Assembly: GCA_018398765.1 (NCBI GenBank)
Contig: JAHBMJ010000477.1
Location: 62,001-126,000, forward strand
Source: Chromera velia
Lineage: Eukaryota
Length of the DNA stretch: 64,000 bases
Direction of reading: 5' to 3'
Position numbers and translations under genes: made by a program. Positions 1-10,767 of this stretch are shown here, piece by piece. Position 1 is the stretch's first letter, and every line of letters begins with the position of its first letter. A model generated the notes under the pieces. That model was not told the DNA's origin. It saw nothing but the letters and a program-made list of their open reading frames with translations, and made no database searches.

Positions 1-299
1 TAGAGCGTTTCGATCCTCCTGTCGGGGGTGGCATTCCAGCAGACCTTCTTTCTCGTTTGGATGAATCTGACCCTCCTTCCTCCTCTGTTCCTCTTCAGTC
101 TGCTCCTGATGTTTTTGCAGAGTCCCTTCCATCCTCTGACCATGCTGTCATCTCTTCTAATCCTGTGCTTGATGACGTCGATGTCATGCCGATTGATGTT
201 GACCCAGTCGTAAAGCAGATTCAAGAGGAGGTCTGCCGTACAAATTTTCTCGATTGGAAAAGCAAAGGAAGAAAAGAGAAGAAAGCAATCATCTTTCAG

Positions 300-330
<31 letters not shown>

Positions 331-345
331 AGAGCCAGAGAAGAG

Positions 346-1702
346 GTGAGGAAAGCAGAAGCGCTAGATAGACACTTCGAAGTCGCGTGCATGGCTTTGA
401 AGGCAGAGAAAGCAAGAAAGCTCATGAAGAGAGAAAACAATGCAAAAGGACATATCCCTGCTACTCCAGAAGAGATTGTAGCAGGGAGTCATGTGGAGTC
501 CGATAAGAAGGAATTAGCGCGTTGGGCTCTGTGTGGTGTCTTTGATCTCTCCAGTCAGACGCAGCACCCGAGACCGGGGGTGAAGCCAATCACTCTCCGG
601 TGGGTACGCACGTGGAAGCTGAAGGAGGAGGAGCGGGTTGCGAAATCCTATCTTGTTGCCAAGGGCTTCCAAGACGCTAGAGACAACGGCTTCCTGGAGA
701 CCTTCTCTGGCACTGCGAGCTCCTCTCTCTCCCATGCGGCATTTGTGTGGGCCCTTTCTCGTGGGCTTCAGGTATCTCAACTGCTTTCCTCCAAGCCCCT
801 CTCGATGGAAAGAATGGTGAGGTGTGGCTTAGACTCCCTTCTGACTTGCCTGTTTCTATCTATCCTGGTTTGCGTCCTGGTGTGTGTGTGCGCATCCTGA
901 AGGCTGTTTACGGTTTGAAAGACAGCCCTCGTGTGTATACACAGTACTTCAAGAAGAAAGTGAAGGAACTGGGATGGGAAGAGATAGCTGAGTCAATTTT
1001 GGTCAAGAGAGACAAGAACAAAAAGCCAGTCGGTGTGTTAGTGATGCATGTAGACGACCTTTTTACTTTCACACCAAACGTGATGAAGGAAATATAAGCG
1101 ATTCGTTCTCTTTTCGAAATGGACGAGCCAGTGAGGATGGATGATGGATCCCTTCATACATATATAGGGATGTCTATCTGTATGGTTGAGGGTCGCATGC
1201 TGCTTGACCAAGGGAGTTACTTGCAGGAAGCCGCTTCTTCTGTTCCCCCTCAGTCCAGAAAGCCACTGACTGAGCGAGACCTTCTTTTGCCCTCAGAAGA
1301 GGAAGTTAACCCTTCGCTCTGTGCTGAGCAACAGAGCAATGTGGGGGCGCTCAGGTGGGAGAAGAGAACACCTTGTCGTGGTACTCCAAGAAAGAAGCGA
1401 GAAAGCTGGGGAGCACGACGTCAGCAGAGTTGTTAGCAATGAGGGAGGGCGTGAAAGCTGCATTTGGAATCACACATTTCATGAGTAAGCTTTGGGAAAA
1501 GAAGCCAGAAGTTTTGGTTGTGTCAGACAGTCAGCCCCTCTTGCACCAGTTAGCATCTAAACAGTGTAAGTCAGAACCAAGAATGCAGGGAGAGCTCGAA
1601 TACGTTTTTGAATGCCTTACTGAGTTAGGGGCTGCAGTTCGCTGGATAGAGACTGGATTTCAGAGGGCAGACAGACAAACCACAATCCTGCGAAATGCAT
1701 GA
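346..1702 (+). pseudogene. copia pol (RT/RNase H) pseudogene
   Basis: Split across ORFs 346-900, 747-1097, 1119-1436 and 1355-1702 by frameshifts and a stop; the end of RT also looks shortened. Confidence 0.88.
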
Positions 1703-1815
1703 TGATTTCTTTGAATGCATGATTACATGATTTCATTGCTTTCGTTTTCTTGATTTGCATTTGAGTGTTCGTTCTTTCGATCGAGCAGTGTCGCCTCAAG
1801 AACGAAGGTGGTGAT

Positions 1816-2332
1816 TGTTAGTGTGCGCGGGGGTGGACGGACGCGCGGGCCACTGCATGCGCGACGCCCGCCGCCGCCGCCCATGATGATCTAACGATTT
1901 GCATGCGCGAGTCGATACATGCATGCATGCAGATTTCATTCATGTACATGCAGACGTGAATGATTGAATGATTGCCTCTTCGTGACAACAGTGAACGAAG
2001 AGACCCGATTTATGACAGTCGGTAATTAGCCGATTGAGAGACAGCCGATTCTATGTGCATGTGACGTATCGATCCGAATAGTCGCATCCTCTCGATCGAC
2101 ACAACGTGGACGGCAACAGATTGAGAAGATAGAAGTCGGAATGCTGGGATTAAGGTCAGTCTTTCTAGATCTAGACTTCTTGACGTTAAATGCTCTGAGT
2201 ATACTGCTTCTACTATCATTGCTTTGTACTTAGCCTAGCGCTGTCGGCTTGCTTCCTAGCCTACTTCCTCCAGTCTCAGTTCCTATGTACAGACTGTTGC
2301 TCCGATGTCTGACTCAGGCCCGAACCCTAACA
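1816..2332 (+). repeat. putative 3' LTR (~517 bp)
   Basis: Starts TGTTAG (1816) just after the PPT-like AAGAACGAAGGTGGTGA (1798-1814) and ends CTAACA (2332), a perfect 6-bp terminal inverted repeat. Composition shifts abruptly to AT-rich afterwards. Confidence 0.8.
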
Positions 2333-2759
2333 TGAATTCTAAATAGTATATCATTATGTATAGCATATATTATTTGAGTATGATCATTTCAGGGCTTCAA
2401 ACTGCTAATGAGTTAAGTGCTCAGGCTTTAAAATATGTCTAACAACTGTTTTTATCCGAGTTTTTCCTTGAACTACCATGGTAGTGGTACACGCCTTCAA
2501 ATGCGCTGGTTACCATCTCATGGTTACCAAACTTATGGTAACTCGCTACTAGCTAAAAGCGGCTGGTAGTAACTCCTAACCATACTGTGTAATAACAACC
2601 TAGAAAAACACAAAACATTCCTGATGGCTGATGAAAGCAAAATCCCTATAATAAAAACTGAAGGTCCATCATTAATTAGTAATATAGGCTCACTAATGAG
2701 TCACCATGCTCGCCTAGGAGCCTATAACATCCTATTACTTTGAATATAGCCATAAATTA

Positions 2760-5739
2760 GGATACTGAATGTTCCCCCCCCCGTGACCAAATCCCCCCTA
2801 CGTCCATTCCTGTTTCTTTGCCTGAGAAGATCAAGGACCTAGCAGGCAGATGGGAAGAGAAGCTAGCAGAACCGGAGGGAAGGAAGCAGAGGGGTAAAAA
2901 GAAACACAATAAAAGGAAGGATAGACAGACAGCCGCTCCTTGGTGGGACAGTGAGTGTAAAGAAATGAATAAACGGGTAAAGAGAGCAGAGAAAGAGCTA
3001 AGAACACGAGTTGTAGGCAGGAGGAGTAATGACAGGTCTAAAGAGTATAGAAAGAAACAGAAAGACAAGCTTATGAAAGAGAAGGGAAGGTTAATTGCAA
3101 GAAAAAAGGCGGCGTACGCACGTATGCAGGCAGAGCACCTTGCCTTGGAGGCGGTCAGAGACCCCTCAGCAGTATGGAAATGGAAGAGGGCACAACAGAA
3201 CGGAGGGGATAGAGCAGGGAGCAGGCCTTCCACAGATACTTTTTCAAACTTCTGGGTGTCTGTGTTTAAAGGAGAAAGACTTCCCGGCTTTTCTCTCCCT
3301 TTCAGCCCCCCTCTCCCTCCTCGGTCCCCTTTCTTCTCTCTCTCTCTGTGCGAGAAAGTCATTAAAGAAATAAACCCTAAGAAGGCAGTCAGGCTTGAGG
3401 GTCTCTCTCCTAAACATGCTGCTCTGTGTTTTGGCTTATCGCGTCTCTTACGTTTTCTTCTTTTTATCTTTTTTAATCTTTTTCACCTCTTCTCTTACTG
3501 GCCGCCCACATGGAATTTCCTTTGCATCGTCCCCGTCCCTAAAGGCCTTGTGTCTCCATTGGCGGATGAATGGAGGCCCATACATATAGCAAGCCTTCTT
3601 GCCAAGCTCTTTGCCCTGCTTATGGATTCTCGTCTCTGTCTGAGAACGAGGATCGATGACAGGCAGATAGGCTTCAGAAAAGGAGTCAGAACTAGAGAGG
3701 CGATTCATGCTTTGTTTGCTTTATCCGAAACTGCAAGAAACAAGAAAAGACCATTGTTTGCTTCCTTTGTGGACTTCAGTAAGGCGTTTGACAAAGTAGA
3801 CAGGAAAAAACTGATAGAGAGGCTTAAGGAAGAAGGGCTGGGGAAGGGGGACATTCGAATGATTCATGCAATGTATGTCAAAGTAATGGGAAAGATTGAG
3901 GGCTCGGACAATATGTTTGAGGAAGGACTCCGAACAGGAGTCAAACAAGGGGACCCACTCTCTCCTCTTCTCTTTCTTCTCTTTATCAATAACATCCATA
4001 CCTCCATTAGCCTTCAATGCAGGGAGCTCCGGCAAAAAGAACGAGCACACCTTCCAAAGGAAGCGAGCGCCCGATGGAGGGGGGAGTTAGAGGCTCAGCC
4101 CAGAGCCTTAAACTCCCTCCCCCCAGACACACCCCCGACAGAAGTGAGGTTAGGAGACCTACTGCTGGAGAGCATTGGATATGCCGATAACCTTGTCATC
4201 TTCGGACACTCCGCCCAAGACCTCCAGAACAGGATTGATCGGTTGGCTACCTATTGTGACAAGTGGGGTCCGGGCTGACGGTGAATCTGAAGAAGATAAA
4301 GGTGATGAGATTGACAGGTAGAGGGGGGGTAGATAAAATTTGTTTCAAGGGTCGGACGGTCGAGTAGGTAGAGAGTTACAGATATCTTGGCTGTCAGGTT
4401 TTAATTTTTGATGCGAACCCCTACAAGTCTGTGACCGCCAGACTTGAAGCCGCAGAAAAGGGAGTTGGGGGGGCTATGGGTCTCGATGGGTCTGTGTGCG
4501 TCAATAGGTATACTCTCCCACCACAGTTGTATATCCCTTTTCAAGGGGATGTGGGAGCCCGCCGCCACCTATTCCCTTGAAGCTCTCCCCATTCAAGAAT
4601 TTGACATCCGATGCTTAGACTCCCTCCAGCTTCGTTTTGTGCGTTGGTCTCTCCATCTGCCCTGGAATTCTTTTATGTTTCCCACCCTTGCAGCCGTTAG
4701 GCTGAGGCCTATGAGAGAGATTCTCAGTGTCAGAGTGGGGGGGTATTTGAGAAGTCTCTTCCTTGCTCGATTGGCTTTGCCTCAAAAATTGTGGGCATGC
4801 CACAGGAGGGGGGAGCTAAGGGCGTGATCGGGGTTTACAAAGAAGCTTGTGCAAACCGTCAGTCCTACCCTCCTGGAAGATAAACCATATGAGGTCGATT
4901 TCAGAACATCAGATAGCAAGCTGAAAAGGGGAGCGAGAAATAGAGAGGTGAACGAATGGATGGGGGACTAGGTAAACCCGGTCTCCATCATAAAAAGAAA
5001 AAGGGAGAGGCAGGGGAGACAAGGAATGTATGGGAGCGTGTCTTTCTGTCCGTCTGCTTGCCTGACCGAATATTAGAAGGAGAATAGTAGCAGCCAACGC
5101 TTTATAAAATTGGTTCTCGGAAGCTTGGTGGAGGGGAAAGGGGGCTCATGGTCTGCCTCGGCGGAACCTCTCCCCAAGCAGTTCTTGTCTTCCCTCAGGG
5201 CAGTTTTCCGTCCTTTGTTGTGCACCATTGTTGGAGGGGGGGCAAACCATGGGGGGAGGGTTGAATCAATTTGCAAAGCCTGTGAAGAGAAAAGTTGGGA
5301 GAAATTAATTGACGATCCGATTTACCGTCTGACAACTTGTGTCTGAACGGAGGGGCCGCGGGGGAGACTGAGTGATCTCTGGTATAGGCGACTGGAGCGT
5401 ATGTCGATAGAAAAAGTATGTGAGTATGGAGAGAGACAGGAAGCCCGAGGGGGTAGGGGGGTGGGGCAGGCCGAGGAGCGGGTAAGGTGGTACTTCTTGC
5501 TTCTTCTTCAGAGGGATGCCCGAAAAGCTAGTGCCCTCATTGCTGTATGCCTAGGACCGGACTGATCGATCCTGGGGAACAGTGTTCTGCTAGCTAGTAG
5601 TCCTAAAGTTTGGCCGCTTTAGGTGAGCATTCGCTAGCGTGCTCCTAGCTTGCAATATGACATGAATGCTCACAGACTGCCCTTTGTCATTGGAACACGA
5701 TGGCTGGCGGGTTAAGTCACCTCATCATCATTATCATCA
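2760..5739 (+). mobile_element. non-LTR retrotransposon (LINE), 5'-truncated, degenerate
   Basis: ORF 2818-4278 has PWWDSEC, IVPVPK, WRPI, QIGFRKG, FVDFSKAFDKV, GVKQGDPLSPLLF and YADN. It continues after a frameshift as LTVNLKK..YRYLG. No endonuclease upstream; ends in a (CAT)n-like tail at 5721-5739. Confidence 0.9.
2818..4420 (+). pseudogene. LINE reverse transcriptase (YADD changed to YADN, frameshift near 4270, in-frame stop)
   Basis: RT domain motifs in the ORF track plus manual translation beyond 4278. Confidence 0.88.
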
Positions 5740-5919
5740 ATGTATATCTGTCTTAGTAGGCATCCGGTGTCATCCGTCTATTATCGGTCTATATATCTAT
5801 ACTGTACCAACTAGAAATTTTACTTTAAAATAATTATCATCATCACAAAGTCAAAGCTGTAGCCTATAGGCTATAGCATCAGAAATGAGTCTGAGAGTCT
5901 CAGATGACTATATAGTTAG

Positions 5920-6377
5920 CTAGGCGACGCACAGTGGTAAAAAAATTATAGACTTTTCCAGATTTTTTTTTTCTTCTTTTTTTCTACAAAGGATTTCCTA
6001 GAACACCTCTAGGAGCACCTAGAGGAGCACTTTTTAGAAATATTTTTAAACTAACTTCCTCGCGAACTTATTACTCAACTCAAAGTTTTAAATATCTTTC
6101 AACCCTAATTCTAGTCCTAGTTATTATTGTACGTTTGTCTCTACTAGACTAAGTGTCTCTACTAATGTCTTCACCATTCCATCATCAACTTTGTTGAACA
6201 CGGACCAACCGATCTTTTTTCCCTTGTTCAACTGCACTGTCACCAGACTTTTCTCTCTTCTCTTTGCTGTCATTTAACCTTTATTTTTTTTTATATATAC
6301 AATAAAATTTTAAATTAAAAAAAAAAAAGAATAGACGTTTTCAGATTTTTTTTTTTTTACCACTGTGCGTTACCTAG
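5920..6377. mobile_element. MITE-like non-autonomous DNA element
   Basis: CTAGGCGACGCACAGTGGTAAAAAA (5920) is the inverse of TTTTTTACCACTGTGCGTTACCTAG (ending 6377) with 2 mismatches; AT-rich non-coding interior; possible TA target duplication. Confidence 0.7.
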
Positions 6378-7478
6378 AAAGTTAGTTAGTTAGTTAGTTA
6401 GAAGTCCTATAGAGGATATGTCTAACCCATCCTAACACTGCTTGGCACTGACAGTTGGAGCGTAGTTGGAGCAAATAATTTTAATTGATTTAACCGACAG
6501 TTTTAGATGTCAGAATATTAAAAAAAAAAAACTGAATACGACCCGTTTTGAATGAGTGAACAAGAGTAAGTAAAAATTGAGTCAACTCTTTCTGCTCACT
6601 AGACATCGACTGCTCGATCCATTCCGAATGATGTTTGTGTTAGGGAGAACCAAGAACTTTGAAAGACTTCGCACCATACCATGCATTTGAAAACTTCCGG
6701 GCGGGAGGAGGGACCAAACACGACGAACAAACGAACGAACGAATGAATGAATGAATGAACGAACGAAGGGTGCCTCAAAGGAAGATCGACACCCATGCAG
6801 TCGCACGCGAATATCAAAACAAAAGAAAGAGCGCCGATTCCCTGCGCTCGCCCATGCAGGTCATCCCGCATGTCTGACCGCACGCATTCTTCCATCTAAC
6901 ACGGTCAGAAAGGAACAAGCAGCCATTCATCCATGCATGCATCGATTCATTCGGCAAAAAAGAGAAGCGAGGAGAGAAAACAGCGAGGACCGAGGAGGTT
7001 GCACAAACGTAGGCTCCATGAGCAGCCTGTATGTCAAATGCATGATCGAAGCAACCGATTGCAAGGACATGCATCGATCGAACAATCCATCCCTACCGCA
7101 TTGATTGATCCATTCCCACACCTTCTCGCAATCATGAGAAGCAAAGCCACGTCTACTGAGTGAATCGATTTAGGGGGGATGAAGAAGGACGCAGGAGGGA
7201 AAAGAGACGAAAAAAAGGAAAAAAAAACAAGGACGAAAACAGTTTCGGCTACACCCAACAACGCAAATCAGAAGCAAAGCACCGACTACCTCTGCTCGTC
7301 CCAAATCATCTGCCCGACTGATGGAGCCTCACGCATGCCTCACCGCACTCATGAAGTGCCCAGATGGAAAGGAACATCCATCCAGCCATCGATCGATTCA
7401 TCCATGCATCCATGGGACCTGATAAAAAAATAAAAAAATTGACAGACAAAAGAGGGAAAAGAGTCGGGACGAAAACAA

Positions 7479-9278
7479 TCAGGGAAGAAGAGAAGAGACC
7501 TGCTTGCACTCGCGGCAGTATCGGCGGTCCTTTCGGTGCACACAGATGCCCGCACCTCCACAGTCCTTGCAGAAGTAGCGCAGCTTGCCGTGCTCGCAGA
7601 TGCCCGCACCTCCACAGTCTTTGCACTTAGAGCGCTGTCGGCCGTGCTCACAAACACTCTTCCCCCCGCAATCCTTACAACCGAAGCGATGACGTCCGTG
7701 CTCACAAATACCCTTCCCTCCGCAGTCCTTGCAGTGGTAGCGCTGTCTGCCATGCACACAGATACTGCTCCCTCCACACTCCTTGCACTCATAGCGTCGA
7801 CGGCCATGCACACAGATGCTGCTCCCTCCGCATTCCTTGCAGTGACGTCGCTGCCGACCGTGCTCGCAAATACTTTTCCCTCCGCAGTCTTTGCATCTGT
7901 AGCGCACCCGCCCATGAAGACACAGGATGTGTCCGTGCCGGTTTCTCTTGACCTCTCCCCCCTCTCCCCCCCGACGACCATTCTCGGATACCACCCCTTT
8001 CCCTCCATCGACCGCGCCCCGCTTCCCTTTGCAGGCCTCAGAAGAGAGAGGGGAGGCGTCTATGAGCGACACAGACAAACGTCGCTGTCTCTTGTCCCGT
8101 CGACAAACCTCCCCCTCCCTCCCCTCACACGAAACACCCCCACTTCTCTCATCGGGACTCCAACCCACCTCTGCCAGGTCGAGGGCAGCCTCTGACCGTT
8201 GACGCTTCAGGGGAATCGCTGAGCCTTCTGCCCTCTGTCTCCCCTCTTCAAGTTGGTGCCGCTGATGAAGGTGAACAGACGGAAACGGGCGGGTGGAGGT
8301 CAAAGGGGGGGAGCGAGGGACACTGCTGTCAGACTCGGTGTCAGGAGAATCGTTACCGACTTCGTTTAAACGGAAACGGTCAGAGTGCATATTCATCTTT
8401 TTCTCTCCCACCGGTCTGCTCTGCATCTCTGACTCCCCCAGACTCCCTCTACCCTCACCCCCTCGCCCCCTCTGACTGACAATGTCGGACCCTCCCAACC
8501 CAGAAGCTGCCTGAGAGAGACAAATGGAGACACCTGACTTGACGTGATTATCATGTGGTCTGGCTCTTTGCCGCATTCTAGAACCCCTTTCTTCTGCCGC
8601 CCCCCCTGAGGAGGGCGGGCACGCCATCTGAGAAGGAGGGCCAGACAGAGACACACGATCATCCTCACTCTCTCTCTGCAACTGCTCTGTCTGTCTCTCC
8701 GTCTCTCCAGGCACAGGAAGCAGTGCGAGCTGGAGACTCTCAGGAACCCCCCACTCGACCGAAATTCCAACCACCTCCCTCTTTGCCTGCTCTCCTCCCC
8801 CTTCTGCACAGACACGGATTGTGTTCTCACCCCTCTCACGCACAAAAGAGCAGTCAGCGGGAGGAAGTCCACTAACCAGACGCACCACGCGGAAGTCTCC
8901 GCCCCCCAACGGTTCCAGCAACACCGGGTTGTCGGGATCCGGCCCCTCGGGCCCGTCGCCGACAACGGCAGTTGTATTTGCATTTGGAATCGCAAGCAGT
9001 CGAAACTTCAATTCAGACACTCTCACCCTCTCCATATCAATATTCCCCCCTTCCTCTACACAATCCGGAGAGCCTCCAGAGACACCCACAGGGGACTCTG
9101 GGAGATTCACCTCCACCTCATTGAACACCCACAACGGAAGCCCACACGGTGCAGGTCTCAAAGACACTGCGCCTCCTAACTCCCACCCACCCAGCTCAGG
9201 ACATTCTCCCACCACCACAACGCGTTGATTCTCTCGCACCTCCGGGCAGTGTGCAACAAAGGCGATGCTCCCCTTCAT
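7479..9278 (-). CDS. CBM20-like domain + low-complexity linker + 8 x 18-aa Cys/His (CxHx6CxxC) repeat protein
   Basis: N-terminal FVAHCPEVRENQRVVVVGECPELGGW..LWV matches the CBM20 pattern (V.V.G....LG.W). C-terminus has seven CEHGRxRxxCKxCGGxxI-type repeats plus the cap CVHRKDRRYCRECK. Uninterrupted ORF; first ATG at 9278 (the track start at 9284 is TTG). Confidence 0.85.
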   Translation of the reverse strand: MKGSIAFVAHCPEVRENQRVVVVGECPELGGWELGGAVSLRPAPCGLPLWVFNEVEVNLPESPVGVSGGSPDCVEEGGNIDMERVRVSELKFRLLAIPNANTTAVVGDGPEGPDPDNPVLLEPLGGGDFRVVRLVSGLPPADCSFVRERGENTIRVCAEGGGEQAKREVVGISVEWGVPESLQLALLPVPGETERQTEQLQRESEDDRVSLSGPPSQMACPPSSGGAAEERGSRMRQRARPHDNHVKSGVSICLSQAASGLGGSDIVSQRGRGGEGRGSLGESEMQSRPVGEKKMNMHSDRFRLNEVGNDSPDTESDSSVPRSPPLTSTRPFPSVHLHQRHQLEEGRQRAEGSAIPLKRQRSEAALDLAEVGWSPDERSGGVSCEGREGEVCRRDKRQRRLSVSLIDASPLSSEACKGKRGAVDGGKGVVSENGRRGGEGGEVKRNRHGHILCLHGRVRYRCKDCGGKSICEHGRQRRHCKECGGSSICVHGRRRYECKECGGSSICVHGRQRYHCKDCGGKGICEHGRHRFGCKDCGGKSVCEHGRQRSKCKDCGGAGICEHGKLRYFCKDCGGAGICVHRKDRRYCRECKQVSSLLP

Positions 9279-10767
9279 CTTCAACTTGTGTTACCACAGC
9301 TACAGAGATCAACTACAATCTCCTGACTTGACAAGCCCAATCAACGCGGCGGACGGAACCGGGATTACAAAGCCGTCTACGCGAACGTCTCCCAGCTGCA
9401 CACAATCACAAAGTCACGAACTTAGACAAGCGTGCTGCGCAATGAAGAGGAGAGGCAGCTCGCTGCCATATTTCACGACCTCGCTCGCCCTTTTTGACGA
9501 ACATTCATTCAGAGAAAAGGACTGACAGGTAACGCCTCGTTCGATCGATCGATCAGCTTGAATCAAAGTGTCTGCTCGAAGTCGACGCTTGGATGACAGA
9601 GAAATGCACCCACAATGATCGAAGAGAGAGCTCTAGAATTCACAGGCAGAAAGACGTATGCTGCTGTGTCGCACAAAAGCTGCGGAGAAAAATAAAGAGA
9701 CAGACGAAAGCCAAGTTAAGCGCCAAAGAGTCTGTACATCGGACCGACGCTCTCAAACTTCATCAAACTTCGCGAACCGTCAGATTCGTCGACCAAAGAA
9801 GGACTCACGAAATCTTGATTCAACGCAGGGATGAAGGTTCCCATGTCGTTGTTATGCAAAGAAACGTGCATGGAGTCCACAACGAATTGACATCTGAAGT
9901 CCAAGGAACCCCATGCAACTTAGAGACTTGAAGGAAGGTAGGAACTTTCTGACAGAAGAGTGATGCATGGCTCATGCACTGAGTGGTCTGCGAACGAGAT
10001 GCCACTGCAATCCATCCACTGCCGTGAGTCATGCAGAGTCTGTCAGACAGGAAGACGTGCACTCTGCATGCGGCGGATCAGTTGAGCATTCAATCGCATT
10101 TCAATCGCTTTCTCACACAGTGACACACACCGCGATTGAACAGTTGATCGTCGTTTTTGGATTCTCAAGTGCTCTGGTCGGATGCAGACTTCCTTGGAAG
10201 ATTGAGGGCGCAAAGACCAAGAACGGTCTGAGCACGCAGAATCTCGTTTCTTGTCTCTCCCAAACCTATTCTGAAGGAACTGGCTCTTGTGTAGAACTCT
10301 TGTCTTTGGCACTTCAGACCCAGGTGGCAGAGGATCAGTCCATTTCTGGAAAGCAAAGCAATCGGCTTGCCTCTTTCAAGTCGGACGAAGGTTGACAAAC
10401 TTCCAAACTGCCGCAAAGCGTTTTTTTTCGCTGCTTCTGCTTTTCGAGTTTCTCTGCTTCCGTTGGGGCCTTACTTTGGTCGTCTGTGTGTGTCTCTTCC
10501 GGGACACGCGCTTGGGAGCGTACGTCAAACCAAACAGAAGAATCAAGTCAGTGAGGGAACTAACACGTGAGACTTTTCTAGTGAGACTTGACCGTGAACT
10601 TTGTTGCTTGAGCTCTGAGTGCGTGTTTGGCCGTTCATGCTTTGGGCTTGCAATGTCAATTCGGACACCCTCTGGCTTGGTGTGTTTACGTTTGTTCGGG
10701 TATTCGTTTCTGTGCTGCCCGACACGGCTTCACGTCTTCTTCGCACACAGGGAGAGAGAGATTCATC

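Larger units (their letters stand above)
1..2332 (+). mobile_element. Ty1/copia LTR retrotransposon, 3' portion, degenerate (RT + RNase H + PPT + 3' LTR)
   Basis: Frameshifted ORFs carry copia RT motifs (WVRTWK..KSYLVAKGFQD, ISTAFLQ, LKAVYGLKDSPR, VMHVDDL) and RNase H motifs (SWYSKK..STTSAELLA, SDSQ, QRAD). A purine-rich tract and a TG..CA bounded LTR follow. The 5' part lies outside the window. Confidence 0.9.

Noticed and set aside
2465..2585. Cluster of short palindromes (ACTACCATGGTAGT, GGTTACC/GGTAAC)
   Set aside because: Possibly a MITE relic, but no definable termini or TSD
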